NCBI GenBank assembly: GCA_963767005.1
Contig: CAVYCN010000004.1
Location: 160,001-224,000 of the forward strand
Reading direction: 5' to 3'
Length of the DNA stretch: 64,000 nt
Source: an uncultured Actinomycetes bacterium
GTDB taxonomy: Bacteria; Actinomycetota; Thermoleophilia; UBA2241
Below, in pieces: positions 56,892 through 64,000 of this stretch; the stretch's first letter is position 1; every line of letters starts with the position of its first letter. Position numbers and translations under genes: made by a program. Below the pieces are notes generated by a model, which saw only the letters and a program-made list of their open reading frames with translations, was not told where the DNA came from and ran no database searches.

Positions 56892-58472
56892 ATGACCGAC
56901 ACCGTCCGCCGCAGACAGCGACTCACCCTCGCGTGCATGTGCTTCGCGCTGTTCATGGCGATGCTGGACAGCACCGTCGTTAACCTCGCGCTCAAGACCA
57001 TCCAGCTCAAGATGGGCGCGACGTTCTCGGAGGTGCAGTGGATCGTCGATGCCTTCGTGCTCGCGCTGGCCAGCCTGCTGCTCACGGGCGGTACGCTGGG
57101 CGACCTCTACGGCCGCCGCCGGGTGTTCATCGCCGGCCTCGCGCTGTTCACCGGCGGGTCCGTCCTGTGCGCCCTGGCGCCCTCGACCTCGTTCCTGATC
57201 GCCGCGCGCGTGGTACAGGGGATCGGCGGCGCGCTCATGATGCCGAGCACTCTCTCGATCATCACGAACACGTTCCAGGAGCCGCGTGAGCGCGCCCGGG
57301 CGATCGGCACCTGGGCCGGCGTCTCGGGCCTCGCCCTCGCCATCGGCCCGCTGATCGGCGGCACTCTGGTCGACCGCTTCGACTGGCAGAGCATCTTCTG
57401 GATCAACGTGCCGATCGGCGCCGTCGCCCTGGTCATGGCGCTCCTGTTCGTGCCCGAGTCGTCGGACCGCGCCGGCCGCAGCCTCGACTTGCCGGGCCAG
57501 GTCACCGCCGTAATCGGCCTGGTCGCTCTGACCTATGCGTTCATCGAGGCCAACACCTACGGCTGGACCTCGGCCCGCATCCTGTCGTGCTTCGCCGCCG
57601 CCGCTCTCGCGCTCTCGCTGTTCGTCGTCGTCGAGTTGCGCGGCAGGACGCCGCTGCTGCAGCTCAAGTTCTTCCGCAGCGGCATCTTCAGCGGCGCCAA
57701 CCTGGTCGGCGTGATCCTGAGCTTCGGCTTCTTCGGCGTCATCTTCTTCCTGTCGCTGTTCATGCAGGAGGTGCAGGGCTACTCGCCGACGCAGGCCGGC
57801 GCCCTGCAGCTGCCGGCCACCCTGGGGGTAGCGACCGCGGCGATAGTGTCGGGGCGCATCGTGGGCCGCATCGGGGCGCGCCTGCCGATTACGATCGGCC
57901 TGCTCCTGACGGGCACCGGCCTGCTGTTCCTGACGACGGTGCAGGCCCACAGCGGCTACCTCTCGTTCTGGTACTGGCTGCTCGTCATGGGGGTCGGCTG
58001 CGGTCTGATCATGAGCCCGATGACGACGGCGATCATGGGCACGGTGCCGGCCGCCCGCGCCGGCATGGCGTCGGCGACCTCCAACACGATGCGCCAGATC
58101 GGCAGCGTGTTCGGCATCGCCGTGCTCGGCAACCTGGTGACGCGGCGCTTCATCGACGGCATCTCGTCGGCCCTGCGTCCACTCCATCTGCCGGCAGCGC
58201 TCCAGGCCGGTCTCATCAGTACGGCGAAAGAGGGCAGGATCGGCGGTACGGGGCACCTGCCGCCGGGGGTCGACGCGGCGGCTCTGCGGCGCACCGTCGG
58301 CGCCGCCTTCCAGAACGGCTTCACCTCGGGCATGCACCTGGCCCTGTGGGTGAGCGGCATCATGCTCCTGATCGCCGCGCCGATCGCACTCGCCACGATC
58401 CGCGGCACGGCGCCGCAGCACGTCGCCGTCAGGCAGGCGCAGCTCGCCGCCGAGCCAACCGAGGTCCGCTGA
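56892..58472 (+). CDS. DHA2 (EmrB/QacA) MFS efflux transporter
   Basis: MLDSTVVNLAL, GTLGDLYGRRRVF, ARVVQGIGGA, IFWINVPIG, about 14 TMs. Confidence 0.92.
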   Translation: MTDTVRRRQRLTLACMCFALFMAMLDSTVVNLALKTIQLKMGATFSEVQWIVDAFVLALASLLLTGGTLGDLYGRRRVFIAGLALFTGGSVLCALAPSTSFLIAARVVQGIGGALMMPSTLSIITNTFQEPRERARAIGTWAGVSGLALAIGPLIGGTLVDRFDWQSIFWINVPIGAVALVMALLFVPESSDRAGRSLDLPGQVTAVIGLVALTYAFIEANTYGWTSARILSCFAAAALALSLFVVVELRGRTPLLQLKFFRSGIFSGANLVGVILSFGFFGVIFFLSLFMQEVQGYSPTQAGALQLPATLGVATAAIVSGRIVGRIGARLPITIGLLLTGTGLLFLTTVQAHSGYLSFWYWLLVMGVGCGLIMSPMTTAIMGTVPAARAGMASATSNTMRQIGSVFGIAVLGNLVTRRFIDGISSALRPLHLPAALQAGLISTAKEGRIGGTGHLPPGVDAAALRRTVGAAFQNGFTSGMHLALWVSGIMLLIAAPIALATIRGTAPQHVAVRQAQLAAEPTEVR

Positions 58473-59080
58473 TGGCCGGGCCCGACGCGGCGGAGCGACC
58501 ACCGGAGTCACTCGCGCCCGGCGCCGAACCGGGCGGCGGGCGGCTCTGCTCGGCCGAGCACGCCGGATTCCTCGCGACGCCGCTGCGCCGGCTCGTCCAC
58601 GACCCGCGCCGCGTGCTGGCCGGCCTCGCCGGGCCCGGCGACACCGTGATCGACGTCGGCTGCGGACCGGGCTACTTCACCTTGCCGCTGGCCGAGATGG
58701 TGGGTCCCGCCGGCCGCGTGATCGCGGTCGACCTGCAGCCGGCGATGCTCGAGCGGGTCCGGCGGCGGGCCGTGCGGGCGGGTCTCGTCGACCGCATCGA
58801 GTTGTGCCCCTGCTCGGCCGGCGGGTTGGGCGAACTGCCGATCGCCGACGCCGTGCTCGCCTTCGCCGTGGTCCACGAGCTGCCCGACGTCGCCCGGTTC
58901 TGCTCCGAGGTGGCCGCGGCACTGCGTCCCGGCGGCCGCCTCCTGCTCGTCGAGCCGCGCGGCCACGTGTCGGTCGTCGCTTTCCAAGCGACCGTCGACC
59001 TGGCCGCGGCGGCCGGGTTGCGCCGGGTGGCCACGCCCCGGGTGAGGCTCAGCCGGGCGGCGCTGCTCGACCGCGCCTGA
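58472..59080 (+). CDS. Class I SAM-dependent methyltransferase
   Basis: VIDVGCGPGYF, VDLQPAML, LRPGGRLLLVEP; TGATG coupling to the MFS gene. Confidence 0.88.
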   Translation: MAGPDAAERPPESLAPGAEPGGGRLCSAEHAGFLATPLRRLVHDPRRVLAGLAGPGDTVIDVGCGPGYFTLPLAEMVGPAGRVIAVDLQPAMLERVRRRAVRAGLVDRIELCPCSAGGLGELPIADAVLAFAVVHELPDVARFCSEVAAALRPGGRLLLVEPRGHVSVVAFQATVDLAAAAGLRRVATPRVRLSRAALLDRA

Positions 59081-59207
59081 GGCGCGCGCGGTCGCGCCGC
59101 CCGGCGCGGATGGGCGGCGTCGCCGGGCCGACGACGGCGTCCGCCCGCACGTTGTTCGGGCTGGGAGCGGCCGGGTACAACCCCCTCATGGATCCTGGCG
59201 GCGTGCC

Positions 59208-60155
59208 ATGAGCGCAGCGCTCAGCGACCGCGTCCTGGTGACCGGCGCCGCAGGCACCGTCGGTCGCGAGCTCGTCGGCATGCTCGTCGCGGCCGGCGCG
59301 CTCGTGCGGGCCGGCCACCATCGCCGTGACGACCTGGTCCCGGAAGAGGACCTCGAGGTCGATCGCGTGTTCCTCGACTTCGACGATCCCGACAGCCTGC
59401 GCGCGGCCATGCGCGACGTCGAGGTCGTCTACCTGCTCACGCCGCAGGTGCCCCAGATGGTGGCGCAGGTGCGAGCCGCCGCGGCGGCGGCCGGCGCCTG
59501 CGGCGTGCGGCGCATCGTGCGCCAGTCCATGGAGCCCGCCGCTACCGGGACCGACCGGCTCAGCCGCTGGCACCGCGAGGCCGAGGCGGTCATCGCCGCG
59601 TCGGGGCTCGCGACTACGACGCTGCGTCCCACCTCGTTCATGCAGAACTTCGTCACGATCTACGGGCCCTCGATCCGCGCCGACGACCGCTTTCACCTGC
59701 CGCTCGATCACGCCGCCCAGAGCAGCGTCGACGCCCGCGACGTGGCCGCCGCCGCGACCGCCGTGCTTATGGACGAGGTCGACGAGGCGGTCTACACGTT
59801 GACGGGGCCCGCCGCCCTCACCGGCGCGGAAATGGCGGTCGTGCTGAGCGGGGCAGCGGGTCGAGCCATCGCCTGGGTCGACGAACCGGAGGACGCCGGG
59901 CGGCCGCCGCGCGACGACATCGAGCGGGAGGTCGACCTCGCCCTGCGGGAGTTCGCCGGTGAGATGCGGTGCGGGCGGCTCGCCCTGGTCACGGGCGACG
60001 TCGAGCGGCTCACCGGCAGACCGGCCACCACGTTCGCGCAGTTCGCGTGCGACCACGCCTGGGCCTTCGCCCGGCGCGACCGGCAGGGCCGACCGCGGTC
60101 GGCCCTGCCGGTCGCGCCGGGCCACCGCCGGCGACGACACGAAAAGGACGGCTGA
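59208..60155 (+). CDS. NmrA-like NAD(P)H-binding SDR
   Basis: VLVTGAAGTVG, LRPTSFMQN, VDARDVA, YTLTGP, LTGRPATTFAQF. Confidence 0.85.
   Translation: MSAALSDRVLVTGAAGTVGRELVGMLVAAGALVRAGHHRRDDLVPEEDLEVDRVFLDFDDPDSLRAAMRDVEVVYLLTPQVPQMVAQVRAAAAAAGACGVRRIVRQSMEPAATGTDRLSRWHREAEAVIAASGLATTTLRPTSFMQNFVTIYGPSIRADDRFHLPLDHAAQSSVDARDVAAAATAVLMDEVDEAVYTLTGPAALTGAEMAVVLSGAAGRAIAWVDEPEDAGRPPRDDIEREVDLALREFAGEMRCGRLALVTGDVERLTGRPATTFAQFACDHAWAFARRDRQGRPRSALPVAPGHRRRRHEKDG
60069..60122. repeat. Perfect 54-bp palindrome without spacer
   Basis: GCCCGGCGCGACCGGCAGGGCCGACCG|CGGTCGGCCCTGCCGGTCGCGCCGGGC, checked base by base. Confidence 0.95.
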
Positions 60156-60156
60156 C

Positions 60157-61020
60157 ATGACGGAGCTCGCCAAGGCCGCCGGGACGATCCGGATCGGCGG
60201 CAACCTCAGCGTGACGCGTCTCGGCTTCGGCGCGATGCGCATCACCGGACCGGGGATCCTGGGTGACCCGCCCGATCGCGCCGAGGCGCGGCGCGTGCTG
60301 CGCCGCGCCGTCGGGCTCGGCATCGACTTCATCGACACCGCCGACAGCTACGGCCCGCGGGTGAGCGAGGAGCTGATCGCCGAGGCCCTCTACCCCTATC
60401 CAGCCGGCCTCGTGATCGCGACCAAGGGTGGCCTGCTGCGCCCGGGCGCGGGGGAATGGCCGCCCGACGGCCGCCCGGAGCACCTGCGGGCCGCCCTCGA
60501 GGGCAGCCTGCGTACGCTGCGCCTCGAGCGCATCGATCTCTACCAGCTCCATCGCCCCGACCCGCGCGTCCCCTACGAGGAGTCCGTCGGCGCGCTCGCC
60601 GAGCTGCAGCGCGAGGGCAAGATCCGGCACATCGGCGTGTCCAACGTCGGCCGCGACGAGCTGGAGCGCGCCCGGCGAGTGGCGACGATCGTGTCGGTAC
60701 AGAACCGCTACAACCCGCTCGAGCGGGGCGACGACGCGCTGATCGACCTCTGCGAGCGTGAGGGCATCGCGTACCTGCCGTGGGCACCGGTCGGACAGGG
60801 ACGGGTGGCCGACCGCGTGCTCGACGCGGTCGCCCGTCGCAACGGCGTCACGCCCTACCAGGTCGTGATCGCCTGGCTGCTGGCTCGCTCGCCGGCGGTG
60901 CTGCCGATCCCCGGTACCGGCTCGATCGCTCACCTCGAGCAGAACGTGGCCGCGGCGCGCGTGCGGCTCACCCCGACCGACGTGGCCGCGATCGACGACC
61001 TTGAGGCAAAGGCCGCCTAA
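60157..61020 (+). CDS. Aldo/keto reductase
   Basis: LGFGAMR, IDTADSYG, IATKGG, IDLYQLH, IGVSN, PIPGT. Confidence 0.92.
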   Translation: MTELAKAAGTIRIGGNLSVTRLGFGAMRITGPGILGDPPDRAEARRVLRRAVGLGIDFIDTADSYGPRVSEELIAEALYPYPAGLVIATKGGLLRPGAGEWPPDGRPEHLRAALEGSLRTLRLERIDLYQLHRPDPRVPYEESVGALAELQREGKIRHIGVSNVGRDELERARRVATIVSVQNRYNPLERGDDALIDLCEREGIAYLPWAPVGQGRVADRVLDAVARRNGVTPYQVVIAWLLARSPAVLPIPGTGSIAHLEQNVAAARVRLTPTDVAAIDDLEAKAA

Positions 61021-62504
61021 CGCGTGTGGGCGACGGCCGGCCGTCGCGCGACGGCCGGGTCAGAGAGATGATGGGCGGCGTAGGCGCGCCACGGCCGCCA
61101 GCCCTCGGCCCGGCGGAGCGCCGCGAACCGGTCGTCGGGCAGGCCGCGCGCGGCGAGGGCGCGGCGCACGCCGAGGTCGGTCGCGGGGAACGCGTCGCAG
61201 TCGCCGAGCCGCATGAGGAGCGTCTCGACCGTCCACTCGCCGATGCCCGGCAGCGCGCGCAGCCGAACGCGCAGCTCCTCGTGGTCCGCGCCGGCGTCGA
61301 CTACGACCCGGCGCTCGGCGATCGCGCAGGCCAGCGCCTGGAGCGCGCGGCGGCGGGCATCGGGCAGCGGCAGCAGAGCCGCGCCGGCCGCGCCGACCGT
61401 CGCGGCGTCGGGGAACGTCGTGGTGAGGCCGCCGTCGGGCTCGGTCAGTGGGCGGCCGAGGGCGGCCGCGATGCGAGCCACGAGCCGGCGCGCCCCGGCG
61501 ACCGACACCTGCTGGCCGACGACCGTGCGCAGGGCGACCTCGGCGCCGTCGACCGTCCCCGGCACGCGCCGTCCCGGAGCGGCCGTGACCAGGGGCCCGA
61601 GCAGCGGGTCGCGTCCGAGGGCGGCGTCGACGGCGCCCGGGTCGGCGTCGAGGTCGCAGAGCGCGCGGCAGCGTCCGACCGCGGCCGCGAGGTCGGCGAG
61701 GTCGGCCAGCGCCAGGCGGCACTCGACGTGGTCGAGCCGCGGCGTGAGCTCGACCACGGCCGTGCCGCGCGGCAGCGCGAGGGTGCGCCGGTAAGTGTCC
61801 CCGTCGAGTTCCTCGACGCCGGGTGCGGCACGGGCCGCAAGAAAGCGCAGCAGCGCGCCGCCGTCGAAGGGCTCGCGACAGGGCAGGCGCAGCGCGAGGC
61901 GGCCGGCCTGGGGGGCGGCGGGCGCGCCGGCGCCGCGGCGCCGGCGCGCCCGCCGCCGGATCTCCGTCGGAGCGAGGGCGTAGACGCGGCGCACGGTGTC
62001 GTTGAACTGGCGCACGCTCGAGAAGCCGGCCGCGAAGGCGACCTCGGCGAGTGGCACCGTCGTGGTCTCGATCAGCAGACGCGCGGTCTGGGCGCGCTGC
62101 GCCCGCGCCAGCTCGAGCGGTCCGGCGCCGAGCTGGTCGACGAGCACCCGGCGCAGGTGGCGGGGGCTGTAGGCGAGCTGCCGGGCGAGCCCGTCGACGC
62201 CGTCACGGTCGACGACACCGTCGGCGATCAGCCGCATCGCCCTGCCGGCAAGGTCGGCGGCCTGGTTCCAGCGTGGCGAGCCCGGCACCGCGTCGGGGCG
62301 ACAGCGCAGGCAGGCGCGAAAGCCCGCCGCCTGGGCGGCCGCGGCGGTGGGATAGAAGCGCACGTGCTCGCGGCGCGGGGTCATGGCCGGGCAGCTCGGC
62401 CGGCAGTAGACGCCGGTCGAGGTCACGGCGACGAAGAACCAGCCGTCGAAACGCGCGTCGCGGCTCTGCAGGGCGCGGTAGGCGATCTCGGCATCGGGCA
62501 GCAC
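61017..62504 (-). CDS. alkA: Ada (Zn-finger/AraC) - AlkA DNA-3-methyladenine glycosylase fusion
   Basis: RDARFDG, TGVYCRPSC, GFRACLRC, AGFSSVRQFN, VGQQVS, LPGIGEWT, DLG, WRPWRAYA. Confidence 0.9.
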   Translation of the reverse strand: MLPDAEIAYRALQSRDARFDGWFFVAVTSTGVYCRPSCPAMTPRREHVRFYPTAAAAQAAGFRACLRCRPDAVPGSPRWNQAADLAGRAMRLIADGVVDRDGVDGLARQLAYSPRHLRRVLVDQLGAGPLELARAQRAQTARLLIETTTVPLAEVAFAAGFSSVRQFNDTVRRVYALAPTEIRRRARRRRGAGAPAAPQAGRLALRLPCREPFDGGALLRFLAARAAPGVEELDGDTYRRTLALPRGTAVVELTPRLDHVECRLALADLADLAAAVGRCRALCDLDADPGAVDAALGRDPLLGPLVTAAPGRRVPGTVDGAEVALRTVVGQQVSVAGARRLVARIAAALGRPLTEPDGGLTTTFPDAATVGAAGAALLPLPDARRRALQALACAIAERRVVVDAGADHEELRVRLRALPGIGEWTVETLLMRLGDCDAFPATDLGVRRALAARGLPDDRFAALRRAEGWRPWRAYAAHHLSDPAVARRPAVAHTR

Positions 62505-62672
62505 GACCTCACTGTACCCTCTCGCCAAGGCTGGGCCAGCGGGAATCGGCCGGCCACTTGCCGGACCGGCCCGCCGCGGCCGAAACCCGCCGGGCCGCGG
62601 CCGGCGGCGTGGCATCATGACGGCAGCGGATGCACGGCGGCCCGCCGGAGGGGCAGCCGGAAAGGAGGCGAC

Positions 62673-63191
62673 ATGCACGCGATGGTCAGTGATACGCCGA
62701 TCGGCCGCCTGGAGCTCATCGCCGGCGATGGTGCCCTGCGCGAGATCCGTCTGCTGGACACGGCCGGCGACCCCGCCGGGGCGCACGGCGCGGAAGCGGC
62801 GGCGCCTGCCGCCGGCAGGTCGTCGGGCGCCGGCCTCGCCGGCGGCGACCAGGTTGTTCTGGACAGGGCGTACCGGCAGCTCGCGGAGTACTTCGCCGGC
62901 GCCAGACGCACGTTCGATCTGCCGCTGGCCCCCGTGGGCACGGCCTTCCAACTGCGCGTCTGGGAGTGTCTGCGGGCGGTCGGGTACGGCGAGACGGTGA
63001 GCTACGGCGCGCTCGCGGCCGCGCTCGGCGCGCCGCGCGCGGCGCGTGCCGTCGGCGCGGCGCTCGGTCGCAACCCCCTGCCCGTCGTCGTGCCGTGTCA
63101 CCGGGTGATCGGCGTGGCCGGGGACCTGCGCGGCTTCGGTCTGGGGATCGACGTCAAGCGGCGGCTGCTCGACCTCGAGGCGCGGGCCTGA
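62673..63191 (+). CDS. ogt: Methylated-DNA-protein-cysteine methyltransferase
   Basis: GTAFQLRVW, YGETVSYG, ARAVG, NPLPVVVPCHRVIG; AAGGAGG RBS. Confidence 0.93.
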   Translation: MHAMVSDTPIGRLELIAGDGALREIRLLDTAGDPAGAHGAEAAAPAAGRSSGAGLAGGDQVVLDRAYRQLAEYFAGARRTFDLPLAPVGTAFQLRVWECLRAVGYGETVSYGALAAALGAPRAARAVGAALGRNPLPVVVPCHRVIGVAGDLRGFGLGIDVKRRLLDLEARA

Positions 63192-63276
63192 GCGGCTCCT
63201 CGCTCGCGCGGCCAGCCGGCGATGGCCGGGCGGCAAACGGGAGAGAGCCGGGTACGCCGCCGGGAATGGTGCCGGC

Positions 63277-64000
63277 ATGTCCTCACACTCCACCGACCGC
63301 CCGGCCGGACGTTCGCCGGCGGGCTCCGTACCGGGGCGCGCCGAGGACGACACCGGCGACCTCGAGGAGGCCCGCCGGCGGTCGGCCCTGACCGCGCTTG
63401 TCGTCCACGAGGCCATCCGTCTCGAGGGCCAGGAAGAGCTCGCGCGTCCGCTCGAGGCCGTCGCCTTCTCGGCTCTCGCGGCAGGCCTGTCGATGGGTTT
63501 CTCGTTCGTCGCCGAGGGGCTGCTGAACGCCTATCTGCCGGACGCGGCCTGGGCGCCGCTCGTCATCAAGCTCGGCTATCCGATCGGCTTCCTCATCGTG
63601 ATCCTGGGGCGGCAGCAGCTCTTCACCGAGACTACGGTCACCGTCGTGCTGCCGCTGCTGTCCCGGCGCACGTGGGCGACACTGGTGCGCGTGCTCGAGT
63701 TCTGGGCGGTCGTGCTCGGCTCGAACCTGCTCGGGACGCTCGCCATCGCCGGCATCCTCGGGGCCACCAACGCGTACGGGCCCGTCGTGAAGGGGCAGTT
63801 CGCGCAACTCGGCTACGCCGCGCTCAGCCCGGATTTCGGTGGTACGGTGGTGCGCGCCGTTTTCGCCGGCTGGATCGTGGCGACCGTGGTGTGGCTGCAG
63901 CCGGCCGCCTCCGGCGGCGGACGAGTCGCCGTGATCGTGGCGCTGACGTACCTGGTCGGCCTGGCCAACCTGAGCCACATCATCGCCGGATCCGTCGAGA
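63277..64000 (+). CDS. Formate/nitrite transporter family protein (YfdC-like), truncated by the window edge; not in the ORF track
   Basis: Manual translation: ...ALVVHEAIRLEGQEELARP...AAGLSMGFS...GYPIGFLIVILGRQQLFTET...FAGWIVA...SHIIAGS. Confidence 0.85.
   Translation, partial: MSSHSTDRPAGRSPAGSVPGRAEDDTGDLEEARRRSALTALVVHEAIRLEGQEELARPLEAVAFSALAAGLSMGFSFVAEGLLNAYLPDAAWAPLVIKLGYPIGFLIVILGRQQLFTETTVTVVLPLLSRRTWATLVRVLEFWAVVLGSNLLGTLAIAGILGATNAYGPVVKGQFAQLGYAALSPDFGGTVVRAVFAGWIVATVVWLQPAASGGGRVAVIVALTYLVGLANLSHIIAGSVE

Overview
Very GC-rich (by eye >70%, not computed), gene-dense chromosomal window, most likely from a deep-branching actinobacterium (Thermoleophilia/Coriobacteriia-like; this is inference from GC content, short-leader promoters and gene content). 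In order it carries: (1) a minus-strand B12-dependent lysine-fermentation operon (YheO-type regulator, kamB, kamD, kamE, thiolase, and a kdd running off the left edge that the ORF track misses); (2) an OmpR-family two-component pair and two orphan radical SAM genes; (3) IMPase, RsbW-like protein and rsmG-parA-parB with no oriC-flanking genes; (4) a three-gene module of a membrane-anchored QxxDGGF-repeat surface protein, a MotA/TolQ/ExbB channel and DUF2149, divergent from a GT2/GT4/flippase/GT-C glycosylation cluster; (5) MscS, MBL hydrolase, degenerate GGDEF, NUDIX, a 58-bp tandem repeat, and MMPL/MFS/heterodimeric ABC transporters; (6) Fur plus a Ni/Co ECF transporter; (7) an ECF sigma/anti-sigma pair with a duplicated promoter motif, translationally coupled to fabZ-fabH-fabD-fabG-fabF-accD-accA; (8) redox genes and two gene remnants; (9) TetR-MFS with a triple operator, a perfect 54-bp palindrome, ada/alkA, ogt and a partial FNT gene. 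I saw no rRNA, tRNA, CRISPR array or transposase. The best candidate for an undescribed system is the surface protein/ExbB/DUF2149 module in an apparently monoderm cell, followed by the ECF-led fatty acid synthesis operon. All family calls come from motif recognition by eye; no database searches were run.
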